Shown here piece by piece: positions 44,627 to 58,228 of a DNA stretch of 64,000 nt. The notes under the pieces were generated by a model that saw nothing but the letters and a program-made list of their open reading frames with translations, was not told the DNA's origin and made no database searches. The translations under genes were made by a program, and so were the position numbers. This DNA comes from Podospora anserina. Lineage: Eukaryota. The DNA lies in the NCBI GenBank assembly GCA_017654855.1, contig CM030336.1:3100001-3164000 (forward strand), given 5' to 3'. Positions within the stretch are counted from its first letter, which is position 1, and each line of letters begins with the position of its first letter.

Positions 44627-47600
44627 TCATCTCCTCGACTCAAACCGACTCTTCTCCTTCCCGACCGACGCGTTCTGCCCCGAAAAGAAATACCCAAACC
44701 CGAGCTTCTTGATCAACCCGATCCACCCCAACCCCGCCATCGTCTCATACTTTTCTCTCGGCTGCGCCAGATTCCGCTCGATATACTCACTCAATTCTTT
44801 CACCGTCAGCTCAACCTCACTCCTCCAATGCCTATACCCAACTCCTTCAACCCCACCTTCGACCTCCTCGCTCAACCACCCAGCCACCTTCCCCGCCTCG
44901 ATCAAATCAATCTTCCCCTCCCACCCCCCAAAATCAGGAACCTTGCCCGACAGCTTCACAAACCGCCCAAACTCCTCCAACACCTTCCTCTCCGTGTCTT
45001 CCCCAGTAGTCGCAGGCAAGAAACGATACACCCTAACTGGCAACCCCGACCTCTCCAAAATCTGCTCGCTCGCCCATCTCGACGCTACATACCCATTCGA
45101 CCCATCCCCAGCCGGCAAGTGATATTTTGCCGATGTCTCCCTTTCCACTCCCGCCGGCAGGACCCCAACGGTAGAGATGTAATGGATTGGGATCTGTCTC
45201 GGACTGGCGAGCTTGACGAGCTCCTTTGTCGGGTGGACGTTTGATGGTCGCAGGACGTGGTAGTTGTCCCAGAAGGAGCGGACGGCGCCGAGGTGGATGA
45301 CTGCGTCGACTTTGCTGGCTAGGGTGGTGAAGTCTGATTCTGAGAGACCGAGCATAGGGGAGGAGAGGTCGCCGGGGTGGGGGATGATTTTGGAGGAGGT
45401 GAAGGGGAGGGGTTTGGAGTTGCGGATGGAGATGACGTGGATTTGGGAGATGGATGGGGAGGAGGAGAGGAGGGGGAGGAGGGTGCGGGAGAGGAAGCCT
45501 GTTCCGCCGGTGAGGAGGATCGTTTTTGGGGAGGTGGAGACTGGGGTGCGGGGGATGGAAGAGAGGAAGGAGGGGATGGTTGGGGGGGTGGTTTCGGTGT
45601 CCCAGTCGATAGTGGTGACGGAGGGGGTTTCTTCGATTTTGCGGGCCATGGCGGAGAGGGTGTTGGAGCCGAGGAGATCTACCAGCTTGATGACGACGTT
45701 GAAGGACTGGCGGATGCGGGATTGGAGACGGATGACCAACAGGGAGTTTCCGCCCACGAGGAAGAAGTTTGTCGAGGGGGCGATGTCGAAGGTGAGGGAG
45801 TTGTCGTTGTTGTGGCCGAGGACGTCTTGCCAGACACGGCGGAGCTGAAGCATGGTCTCGGTCATCTCGGTGGTGTCTTCCTCCTGGGAGGCGGTGGAGG
45901 TGCGCTGCGGCAGAGCGATAGTTTTGAGCGCTTTGCGGTCCACCTTCGAATGGTTCGTCAAGGGGAGCTTGTCAAGGGGAATGGCGGCGACCGGAACCAT
46001 GTACTGAGGAATCTGCAAGTGACCAAGAAGGTGTTGCAAGAAGGCCTCCTTGTCGGCAACGTTGCTCTGAGGTGCAAACACAACGTGGGCAATGAGAAAG
46101 TCGGGGTTGCCCTCACGGAGAGCGACGACTGCCTCCTTCAAAGCACCATCAGACGCCGCAACAATGTTGTTTTCGATATCAGCGAGCTCTATACGCAATC
46201 CGCGTATTTTGATCTGCCCATCCGTGCGGTTGTGGAAGACCATGGCACCGTCGGTTTGGAGATGCCCGATATCCCCTGTCCTATACATCCGAGTCCAACC
46301 GCTAGCGACATCAGACTTGGTGGCGAAGGGGTTGGCAACAAAGTGTTTGCCGGTCAACTCATCGTTCTTCAGATAGCCAAGGGAAACACCGGCCCCCCCA
46401 ATGCACACCTCCCCAGGCATCCCGACAGGAACGGGCCTCAGCTGCTGATCAACAATATAGGTATAATAGTTGGGCAATGAGTAACCGCAGGGAATCCGAC
46501 CCATGGCTTCAATGGCCTGGGCATTATGGATCGGCATCTCCATCTTGTGCGAGGAAATCGAAATCTCGGTCGGCCCGTACGAGTTGAAGAACTTCAGCTC
46601 AGACAACTCCAGAGCAGCAAATTCCTTGGTCACACCGCTGACCAGAGGCTCACCACCACCAAATGCAAATCGCCAGCAGCTAGCGTCCCGGAGATTCTCG
46701 TTGCCAAACTGCATCCAGAGGGAGTACTCGGAGGGTGTCGCCTTGGTGTACGTGATGCCCTCGCTCTTGATGATCTCTGTGATGCCAAGGGGGTCACCTC
46801 TGGTGGCCCAGGGAACGACGTAGACTGACCCCCCGTTCACCAAGCCAGTGTAGATTTGATCAGAAGAGTGGTTGAAGGTGAACGCGCTCTGCTGGAGGGT
46901 GTGCTGGGTGCCGAGCTTCCACATTTTGGTGTAGCCCTCAATCTCGTTGCGCAGACCGGCGTGGGTGACGATGATGCCCTTGGGAAGACCGGTTGAACCG
47001 CTGGTGTAGAGAATAGCGGCCGGCGTGTTGGGATCTGCGACGTTGGGGACGGGCTTGGAGGCGTTGAGTGGCAGGCCGGAGACGTTGATGGCGGTGGCGG
47101 TGGGGACGTTGAGCTGGGGGACTTGGTCGATGGTGGTCTTGTCGGCAAGAATGGCAGTGGGCTCGCAGTCAACCGCGACTGTGGCGAGGCGAGGGAGAGG
47201 ATTGCGCAAGTCGAAGGGGACGTAAATAGCTCCCACACGGAAGATGGCCAGCATCGAGCAAACCCAGTCACTGGCGGCGTCCTGGAAGACTGGAACACGA
47301 GAACCTTGGCTGACACCAGCGCCCTGCAGCGCCTCACCAATGGCCTCGACTCTGTTGATCATCTCGCTGTACGTCAAGACGTTTCCATGGCCATCCTTGA
47401 GCGCAGTCTTGTCTGGGTTCTCGGCAGCAACCTGATCAATGCGATGAGTAAGGGTTCCGGGCCAGTCCGAGACCATTGCGGGACCTACACAATGTCAATA
47501 TTGATTCGTCAAAGCAGGTCAAAAAGACACTACTCAGTACTCACCACGGCCAACACTGACAGCTACCTCAACCTGCTTCTCCCCAAAGAGCGGCGTTGTC

Positions 47601-50600
47601 TGCAAGGACAGCGAGACATCGGCTGAAAGAACCTCCAGCAGGTGCACATACGTCTCCATCAGCAGGTTCGCGGCAGTCTGATCATACAAACTCTTCTGGG
47701 CCCGGAACATCACGAGGGCGTCAGTGGCAGAGTCGGTCACGTCCAGGGTAATATCATAAGCAGTTCGTCCGGGGTGAAGCTCTTGCACTTCGAATTGGCA
47801 GTTGCCCCATGCGTGCTTCTCCTGCGCGCCCTGGCGGTAGTCGAAGAAGGCCTGGAAGAAGGGGGAGTGGGCAGACGACCGGGCAATGTTGAGTTCCTTG
47901 AGCAGCACGTCAAAGGGCAAACGGGAATGGGCGAGGCCGGAGTAAGTCGTGTTGCGGGCTTCGTTGATGGCGTCGGAGAATTTTTGGCTTGGCTGGCGAC
48001 GGAAGCGGAGGGTGAGGAGGTTGAGGAAGAAGCCGATGCTGGCCATTACATCGCTGTCGGTGCGGTTGGCGTCGGCGATGCCGATGGTGAGGTCATCCGC
48101 TTCCGTGAAGAGGAAGAGCATGGTCTTGAACGCGGCGAGGTAGAAGTGGAACGGGGTCGAGCGCTGAGCCTTGGACACGGCCTTGATCCGCGCTGCCAAG
48201 GCTGGCTCGAGATGGCAACCAACCTGATGAATGTCAAAGTTCTGCATGGACAGTCTGGAGCTGGTCCGGGCCATGGGGAGGAGAGGGAGCACTGGTGGCT
48301 GTTGGCCCTCGGGAAAGATACCGCGCCAATGGTCGAGGTCGGCAGCCATGTCACCGCTCTCAAAAGCCTGGCGTTGCGAGGCAGAAAAGTCGGGGAACTG
48401 GCGGGGAGCCTTCCCAAGAGACTGGTTGTTGTATGCCTTCTCCAAATCAGAAAGGAAAACCTGGAAACTAACGCCGTCCATCACAATATGATGATAGTTG
48501 ATGAGAAGGAAATGGTCCTCTGGGGACTTGGAAAGCAAGACAAGCTTCATGCTCTCGCCGGCAGCAAGGTCGAACTCGTGGGCCTTGAGCTTGGCGTATT
48601 CAACGGCGACATCCTCATCGCAGCTGATTTGCTTGTGCTCGAGACGAAGTGGCGAGCTAGCAATCACCTTTTGGTATGCCTGGTCAGCCTCGGTCTGGTC
48701 CGCAACGAAACAGGTACGAAGAGCCTCATGTCTGGCAGTCACCACGCGAATGGCTCTCTCCAGACTGCCGACCCTGAGGGCCCCTGTGACTCGGTAAAAG
48801 AAAGCAACGTTGAACGTCGTTGGGTCATCGACGAGGAGGCGGAGGAACCAGAAGCGTGACTGACCGAAGGAGATCTGCTCGCTCTTGACGAACTTCAGAG
48901 GAGCGGGTGGGGCGGCGGCAACAGGAGCCTGCTTGGCGGCGTCGGCGGCGAGGTTCTCGGAAGACGCAGAACGGGATGAGAGCTGGGTGGAAGAACCAGG
49001 GGCAGTGGTGACGTCCGCCGGGGTCACCATGCTGGGGGCAGTGGAGTCGTACTCTGATGCCCCGGCCGACTCGACCTTGGGCTCGGGCTTGGGGAGCGTC
49101 TTCATTGCGGCAGGCTTGGGCTTGGACTCTGAGCCGGCCTTGCCGATGCCTGAAAGCATCTCCTCGGGAAGCTTGTCCAAAGCGCGCTGGCAGAGCTCGG
49201 CAACAGAAGAACCTCCCACCACCTTGAGCACGGGAATATCAACCTTCAATTCTTTCAAGAACCAAGAACGAACTTCAACAGCGACCAAAGAATCGACACC
49301 GAGCTCCACGACGGGAATCTCTGGGTCAATGGCCTGGTCATTAATCTGGAGGATAACCCTGAGCTTGGAGGAGAAACATTCTGTAGAGGTTGTTAGTGCT
49401 GATTTCAGTTGAGTGGTGGATGAAGACGTACCTTGCAGGATCTCCAAAGCTTCGTCCTTGGTCGACGCGCCCGCCAGCTGAACCGTGACCGGGAGAGACG
49501 TCTTCTTGTTCTCATCTTGACCATCCAATTGTCCCTTGGCGGCCTCGACAATACAGTGACTGAAGCGAGGGTTCTCGAACCAAGGGCCTTGAATATCCTC
49601 GTCGTCACGGATAGTGCGGATGCCCGTGGTGACGACAGCATCCGGAATACCATCCTTATCGTCAGGCTTGGGATAACCGGCCTGGACGGCCTCGGCAAAC
49701 ATCTGGTGGAACTCAGACTCTGCGATAGCCATCAACCCGAAGCGCTCTAATTGGTCCATCACAGCCTGTCCAGCTGTCTCAACATAGCCAAGACCAGCCA
49801 CGCGGCCGATATCCAACGCGGAGGCAGCCAGGCCACGCTTGCGCCTTTGTCGAGCCAGACTGTTGAGGTAGCCGTTGGAAGCGGCATAGTTGGACTGGCC
49901 AGAGTTGCCAATGACGCACGCGGAAGAAGACAGGAGCACGAAGAAGTCGAGGTCCTCGTTGTAAAAGATGTCGTCCAGATGGTTGGACCCGTCAATCTTG
50001 GGGCCGAGGACCTTTTGCATCGTCTCAAGGGGCATGTTGGCGAAGAGACTGTCGTGGAGGACCATGGCACCGTTGGCAACACCGGCAATGGGAGGGCAGG
50101 TTGATCGGATATCAGCAACCACCTTCTCAAGAGAGGCCTTGTCTGTCACATCCATGGCGTAGATCTTGACGATGGCGCCAGTAGACTGCACAGCCTCAAG
50201 CCACTTGAGATTGACCTTGGGGGAACGACTGGTCAGGCAGACACACCCGGCACCGTTCTTCACCATCCACTCTGCGACTGACTGGCCGATCTGACCACTG
50301 AGGCCCACGAGGAGATAGGACTTGTTCTCGCCGAAAAGCTGCGTTGCGTCAAGAGGCTTCACACCAACCTTGACGCTGCCATCGACGGCCCAGTTTACGA
50401 CAGCAGTTGGGTGGTTCAGCAGAGAGGCGCCAGCCTCTGTGATCTGTGTGACTGGAGCCACAAGATCGCTGGCATCATCCGCAATGGAAGTGACAGTAAC
50501 CACAGCCGCTTGGAGCTTGGCTGCAGCAATCTCGCGACTGGTCGACGGCAGCGAAGACTCAAAGCGGGAAACGTCGGACGCTTCAATGCGCTTGTAGGGT

Positions 50601-53600
50601 CCAATGGAGGTCAACACCTGCCCAATCGTCTGGCCGAGGTCACCACCCGCCGAAGTGAGATTGAGGAAATGGGTTGGCTTGGCTGGCAGAAGGCTCTTGC
50701 GAATGATGTGTCTGGGGGACCGGCCATTGAGCGCAAGTCCTTGGGGAATCGGCTCATCCTCCTCGGCATCGTATGAGCAGGTGATGCGGATGTTCTTGGC
50801 TTGCGCCTGGCTAGACAGAGCGGCGATCAAATACCGGTCCTTGTTTGATCCATGCACCAAGACACTGCTTCCTGAAGCAATGTTCTCGAGTAGAGAGGCA
50901 GCAATGAGCTCGCTGACAACTCTCACAAGGCCAGAACTGCTCGACAGGGTTGGTGGCACAGATACCGTTGCCACGGGGGTGACCTCAATCGAGTTTGACA
51001 GCGCCAGCGTCATAACTGACTCCTTAGTGACAGTATGCTTGCCCAGACCAACAAATAAGAAGCTTCCAATAACCACATTGATGGCCGTCAGACTGGAAGC
51101 CTCAACCCTTACACATTGACGGGTCTCCTTGGTAACAGGCCTGACCTCTTCAACCAGTGCGGGAACACCATCAGCCGACACGGCAACAGTGATCGACTTT
51201 GACTCGGCAAGAGACAAGGTCTTGGTGATGTTTCGCCTGGACGAGTTGAGGCGAGAATTCTGAGCAACATTGGCCACAAGACGAGGAACCTTGAGCAGCC
51301 CATTGTCCAAGAACACCTCTGGCTCCTTGCTCCACATGATCTTCTCGTCCTCCCACTCGTCGAGCGCACACTGCCGAAGGAGGTGCTCCGCGATAGCCCG
51401 TCCGGTGTTTCTTCCCAGATCAGACAGGTCAAGGTGGTTCAGGCTAATGTGTCTCGTCTCATGGCTGATAGCGCGCGAAAAAGCGACACTGGCTTCGTGG
51501 TATGGCTCGTCGGCTTGAGCGCCTTTGGTGACCCAGAGGATGTGTTTTGCCAGCTCGAACAGCCGCTGGAGGCCCTCCATACGATCGGTGGTCATTTGCT
51601 TGAAGATTGGGAAGTCGAGATCGGCCAGGTTGATGATGGTGCTCATGGGGTCAATTTCTCTTGCCTGGGCCTCGGTAGGCAGCCCAGTGAGGACGGTGGT
51701 CTGGTTGGCAAAGGGGGAGAGAAGCTCCTCCAGCTCCTCGGCGAGGTCGGATGTCTCGATGGTGCCGATTCCGAGAATGACGAGGCTGTCGAGCTTGACC
51801 GAAGTCTTGGAGCGGGCGAGAGGACGGCGGAGGAACTGGACCTTGTCGTCGACGGCCTGGGCGGCCATAATGGAGAAGGGCCAGGGCAGAACGTTGACCT
51901 TGGGGGTGCAGGCGTCGACGCCGGCAAAACCGGCCTTGCGCAGGTACATGTTCCATTCGGCGGGAGTGATGGTGGGGGCGTACCTGCGGCCGTCAATCTC
52001 GGCGCCTATCCACCACCCAGGGAGCCCGCCCATGATGTTGCCACAGCGGATGGGGCCGTTGTCGGTAAGCTCGAGAAGCATGAGATAGCCACCAGGCTTG
52101 AGGAGCTGGCGGACGTGCGTCAGGGTCTTTTGAAGGGATGCGGTGGCGTGGAGGACGTTGGAGGCGACGACGATGTCGTATGAATGGGGCTCGTATCCCT
52201 GGCTGGAAGGCTGTTTCTCCACGTCGAGGACCTTGAAAGTCATCTTGTCGCTGTATGACCGGAACAGCTCTGCGGCCTTGTCGAAGAAGCCGACCGACAC
52301 GTCAGTGTAGGTATATGACGACATTTTGTCCCCAATCTTTTCCAAAACCGACTTGGTGGCACCGCCAGTGCCAGCGCCTGAAAACGGTCAGTTTATTTAG
52401 GAAATTTGTGGTGTTTTGAGGAAGAACTCACCAATCTCGAGGATCTTAGCATGAGGGTATCGATGTACCATTTGCTCCATCATGGAAGCCAAGAAAGAAT
52501 TGTACCGAGCAAAGCCCAGACCCTTCTTGTAAAAGTCATCCAGCATGTTGTCCACCAGCATATGCTCAAGGATGGTGGTCTCACCGCGTACAGCAGCAGG
52601 AATATTCTCACCCACGGCAGTCAGAAGCCTGATGTCGATGGTGTGGGAGTATCTGTGGCACCTGTGTCAGTATTTTCTTCTATGCACGAGCAAATTGTTG
52701 GAAAAACTTACCTCTTGATCAGGTCCTTGACCTCCTCATCACTATCATTCGACCACTCCTTCTTGACGCAAGGATGGCGTCCCTTCTCCACCTCACCAAG
52801 CACATGATTCATGAAATCCCTCAACGAAGCATGATGCGCCTGGCCATTCGCCCACTCCTCATCGCTGAGCTCCTCCTTCCAACGTCTCAAGTAGTAAAAC
52901 GACACCCTCTCACACACAGCCGCCAGCTCAACCTCGTCCTGTGTGGGCTCGATCCCCTTGGTGATGGAATCTCCCTGTGGTGAGGCGACGTCCCACTTGG
53001 TGTAGGAAAACAGGCGGTGATCGTCAGCCTCGGTTGCCGGAGCAAAAGGCTTGATGGTCAGCCCATCGACCTGAATCATGGCCCCGCCGTCGTTGACGGC
53101 GTTGTTGAAAACATCGATGCTGGCAGAGAACTCGTTTGTTTCCTCAAGGGTGGCGTGGACGGGGACGTGCTCGGGCAGGGGCGAAACGCAGAGGGCCGGG
53201 TTGACGCGGATGGAGCGGATGGCGGTCGGGACGTGAAGCGACCAGAGCCTCTCGTCGCCTGGGGCCGAGTAGGCGAGCATGGAGGCTTGGAAGGCGACGT
53301 CGAGCATGGTGGGGTGGACGAGGTATGGGGTGAGGTCTTGGGAGGTGTAGGGGTAGGTGGAGACCAATGTGGAAGCTCGATTGAGAGAGCGTTTCAGGGA
53401 GGACATGCCCCTGAAGCTGCCGGAATACCCGTACCCAAGCTTGGAAAGGGAGGTGTAGAACCTGTCGGCGTCGACGGTCGACATGTTGGTTTCGGCTAGC
53501 GGGCTGGACGCGAGGGTGGCGGATGAGGAGTTGCCAAAGGTGATCGTGAGAGAACCCGAAGCCATGAGCTCGAGCTCCGATTCGGCCGAGGAGGAGGAGT

Positions 53601-56600
53601 AGACGGCGAAGGAGGCGCTGGTGACGTTACCCTTGGTGGCGATGTTTGTAAGCGTGACGAGGGTCTCAACTGACGAGTTTACATCCTCTTCGAAGGTGAT
53701 AGCGCGGGGAATGGCCAAATCGTTGAGCTCAAAGAAGGACACCGGCTGCTCCGTGGCCAGAGTCCGAGCGGCCTCGATCGACATGGCAACGTAACCAGCA
53801 GCAGGGAAAACAGTTTGCCCCTGCAACTGATGGCCGTCTAGCCAAGAAATCTCGGACACCTTGAGAATATTCGTCCAGCGCTTCTCACGGTCAGTTGAGT
53901 CGGGGCAAGGAATCCCGAGAATCTCGTGGAAGGGCGCTGCCGTCCGGGACCGAATCTTCTTGGACCTTCGCGATTCTTGCCAGTGGGAGCGGGTATGGTT
54001 CCACTGGTACGATGGGAGGTCTACCACGAGCTTGGGCTGGCGTGTAGATGGCGAGATGAGCTTCTCATAAGAGGCAAAGTCAACGGCGTGGGCACCAAGT
54101 TGAGTCCACACAAATCCGAGGGCATCGGAGAAAGACTCAATATCACACTTGCCACGGCTGAGGACGCCTGTATAAGGGATTGGAGCAGGGCGAATGTCGC
54201 CAATGTTCTGAGTAGCCGGGCCCTTGAGCGCGGGGTGAGGGCCAACCTCGATGGCGAGACCAATTTGTGGGTCGCTAGCGATGGCGTTCTTGACAGCATC
54301 GGCAAACAAAACAGTATTGGCCATGTTATCGCGCCAGTACACATCCTGAAGAGTCTCGGTAGGCTCCAGGGGCTTGTCGCTTGCGATAACACTGGAGAAC
54401 CAGGCGCAGGTCGGCCTCTTGACACGAACGCCAGCCTGTTGGAGAGAGGCGATGTATGGGTCACCGCAAGGCAGCATGTGGTGGGAATGATAGGCAGTAT
54501 CAACCTTGAGAAGACGAGCAAACTTTTTCTCTTCGTCAAACACCTTCTTGGCAAGGATGATGGCATCGACGTCACCGGATAGCGTAACACTGGCTGACGA
54601 GTTGTGTGCAGCTACCGCCAAACGTCCGGAAAAAGCACGAAGGTTGCAGAGATCCTTCGCATCTTCTAGTGAAGTGCCAACAGCCAACATGGCACCTTGT
54701 TGACCGGTTGCCTCGTTCCCAGCAAGCCGGGCATACTGTCCGCGGTAGTAGGCCACGCGAATGGCATCAACATCGGACAGGTAGCCGGCAGCATAAGCCG
54801 CACCAATCTCGCCCGAGGAGTGACCGACAACAGCACTGAAGTTGATGTCAGCCTCCCTGAGCATGTCGACCAAGACAATTTGGATAGCGGTGCACAGCGG
54901 CTGGGAAAGCTCCGCCTCACCAATGCGAGATGTGGTTGAGTCCGCCAGCAGCTCATCAACCAGACGCCAGACCGGGCGATCAGCAGCCGGGAGTGTGTCC
55001 AGCGCACTCTCCAGGTCTCCAAGTCTCTTGCGGACAAACTCGGAAGACTTGATCAGCTCACCACCCATGGCTGCCCACTGGGCGCCCTGGCCAGTGAACA
55101 CACCCAGGATCTTGGTAGGATACGTGGACTTGGCCGTCGCGGAGCGAACACCGACGGTGGTTCCAGCCGCACGCTTGAGATCAGCGAGCTTGTCATCCAG
55201 CTTTTCGACAAGCTGCTCCACCGACCGGGCCGAGAAAGCAGCCTTGATAGGCAAGTGACTTCTGCGCGACTGCAGAGTCCATGCCAAGTCTCTCGCTGTG
55301 ATGTCACTCCTTGTCTTGAGATGCTCGGCATAGGCCTCGAGGTGGGCCACGAGGGAGGTCTCAGACGCGGCAGAGAAGACAAAAGGTGTAAAGACAGGCG
55401 ACTGGTTCTCGGGCTCGGGAGTGGTGGTTGTCGGGATGTACTGCTCGATGATTGCATGCGCATTACTGCCGCCAAAGCCGAAAGAATTAACGCTGACTCT
55501 GCGGGGAACGCCCTCGGGAAGCTGCGGCCACGGGGCTAGGGAGGTTGGGATAGTGAGACCCTTGTAGTACTGCTCGATGGCGGGGTTGAGGTTCTCAAAG
55601 AGCAGATTGGGTGGGATTTGGCCCGCCTGGATGCTCTTCAAGCCCTTCATGAAGCCAGCGAGACCGGCAGCACCCTCAGTGTGGCCAATGACTGTCTTTA
55701 CAGAGCCGACATACAGCGGAGTTTCCTCGGCCTTGACGTGTTGGCCAAAGCACTCATAGATGGCAGCCGCCTCCTTGGGGTCGCCTGCCTTTGTGCCCGT
55801 GCCATGAGCCTCGAAAAACTGTGGGCGGTCGGCAGGGTTGTTTTCTGGGTCGAGGCCAGCTTTCCTGTAGGTTTTGCGAATGAGAGATGCCTGAGCTTCA
55901 GAGCTAGGAACGGTAAGACCCTGAGAGTGTCCGTCCTGGTTGGCGCCGGTTTCACGGATGATGCCCTCGATGTAGTCACCGTCCGCTATCGCATCAGATA
56001 ACTTTTTAAGGATGACAGCTGCGACTCCTTCACCTCGGGCATAACCATCGGCACTGGCGTCCCTGTTTCTTGTCAGTCATTGTCCCCCTTCACGTTGAGA
56101 AGAATACATACCACATGCGAGATCGGCCCGTTGGGGAAAGCATGTTCATTTTGGACTCAAACACAAATGCCTCTGTTCACCTGTTAGCTTCGGGTTCATG
56201 AGTGATTGTTCTCTACTAATCAAGGCTTACCAGGGTTCAGGATGACCTGACCACCAGCCGCAACTGCAACGCGAGATTCAGAGCTTTTCAAGCTCATCAC
56301 AGCCTGTTTGAACCACTTAGAAACCATCCGAATCACCATCATCACAACGAACATACCTGGTGCACGGCAACCAAAGAACTCGAGCAAGCAGTGTCAATCG
56401 TCATGCTGGGCCCCCTCCAGTCAAAGAAGAAGCTCAGCCTGTTCCCAATGATGGCCCGGTTCGTGCCGGTGGCAAAGTAGGTGGGCACCTGGTTGACATC
56501 CCGGAGCAGGGTGTCGTTCCAGTCGACACCCATGCAGCCGACATAGACACTGGTGTCGCTTCCCCTCAGGGCCTCGATGCTGTGGCCGCCCGACTCGAGG

Positions 56601-56923
56601 GCCTCATACACGGTCTCCATGAGCAGACGCTGCTGGGGATCGATGCTGTCGGCTTCGTTGGGGGAGATGTTGAAGAAGGAGGCGTCAAAGTGGGAGAGGT
56701 CCTGGGTGAGGAGGTAGGCGTGGCGGACGTTGGTGGTGCCATGGTGTGAGCCGACGGGGTGGTGGAACGCTTCAGTGTTGAAGCGGCTCGGGGGGATGGC
56801 GGTTTGGATGTCGGTTGGGGAGGCGAGGAGGGACCAGAGCTTGGAGGGTGAGGTGGATGGGCCAGGGAAGCGGCAGGCTGTGCCGACGATGGCGATGGGT
56901 TCATGGGGTGTTTGGGGAGACAT
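44627..56923 (-). CDS. Hybrid iterative PKS-NRPS (KS-AT-DH-cMT-ER0-KR-ACP-C-A-T-R), 7 introns
   Basis: [192 protein letters not shown]. Introns ~56357-56306, 56231-56173, 56111-56063, 52711-52653, 52431-52378, 49431-49381 and 47544-47486. Confidence 0.96.
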
Positions 56924-57214
56924 GTTGGTGGAGGAGGTGGGCTATGGTGAATAGCTGTTGCTTTGTGCCCGTTTGGAGTTGAAGTGTTGGGGTGGCGGTT
57001 GTTTGAAGCCAAAGACACGGAGACAAAAGTGTATAGCACGGTCCAGACGGCCTGGGACAGAGTTTTATTTGCTTTGGCTTCATAAACACTTGAAGATGGA
57101 GATAGCTACTAGACCTGTACCAACCCACCGTCGAATGCCTGGCATCGGTATCATTGTTGGGCGTCGACACCGGCGACAACCCGCTATCAGCCTCCGCCGA
57201 CTCGAGCCAGGATC

Positions 57215-57446
57215 AAGCTACCGACTGACCGACCGACCGAACCCTTCGAGAACATATCCTTATCTCCGAGATACCCACCCCTGTCTCGTAGGCACCGACA
57301 AGCCGGAACCCGAAAAATGTTGTCTGTGGTATGGTGGCTTTGTTCGGCTTGTTGATGCGGCTGCTTGTTCGGGTTGTTTACCGGAGAATAGGGGTTCCAG
57401 GGGCTGACTTGGCGTTGCTGACAAAGACATCACCGAAGTTCGGTGA
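57215..57446. promoter_or_regulatory. CGG/CCG-rich PKS-NRPS upstream region with candidate Zn2Cys6 binding sites
   Basis: Perfect inverted repeat TCACCGAA-g-TTCGGTGA (57430-57446); direct repeat TTGTTCGG[C/G]TTGTT (57340-57353, 57365-57378); TATCTC-c-GAGATA (57261-57273); ccgactgaccgaccgaccga run. Confidence 0.4.
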
Positions 57447-58228
57447 CTTTTGCTTGTCCCCCCGCATTATGCACCTCAGATGCAGGTATATGTATGCAGT
57501 CCAAATGGGGCACATGTATCTCTCCCGTCCTCCGCTATCAACCCGAATACGCAACGTCAGGTTCGGGGGTATTCGCACCTGCCACGATAGGAAAATCAAA
57601 TGTCGATCTCAGAATCCCATCGAGATGGGGCATTGCGCTATGTATTTGCTGATATTGATACCCGTGAAGGAAATTCATGATGTGGGGGATGACATCATGA
57701 AGTAATCGCGTGTCTGGCCATTCTCATTTTGAAAGCCTCAGCTTCGAATATGTTGCAAATGAGTGTTTAGGTCGAATGCAAACTGAGCTGCATCTACGGA
57801 CCATCAATCCACCGTGATGGCACTCTATCGCCAAGAATCATCAGTGAAACAGGAGCACCAAGACACAGGAGATCACCTTTCATGGATGGGTAGAGTGGCA
57901 AGGCACCAATCGGTTGCCAGCTTCATGCTTTGTAACAGTGACAAATATACTCTGTCTAAGAATTCTATGTACATAGACACCAACAACACCACCCAAAGTG
58001 ACCTTCCTCTGTCAAGGCCTCCATCCGTGAGTGGAGCGCATCACATTCCACACACACACGCCCTTTGGCCGCCAACGATGCTACAATACTGGGCGGACTG
58101 GGCAGGATAGACAGCTCCGACATCCGTGTTCCAATGTCCCCGACTCTTGGAGAAATCATGCTCCTCTTCCATCTGGGTTTCAAGTCCTGCGTGTCCGGTG
58201 TATAAATGCTTGATTGTTTCCATCCTGT

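Noticed and set aside
47642-48859. Long plus-strand ORFs antisense to the PKS-NRPS (405 aa here; also 45377-46480 and 51383-52183)
   Set aside because: Shadow ORFs caused by GC-rich codon bias of the real minus-strand gene; no recognisable motifs.
44627-56923. PKS-NRPS as a fragmented or multi-gene locus (several separate ORFs in the track)
   Set aside because: Each break coincides with a GT-AG intron with a branch site, and the domains continue across the junctions.
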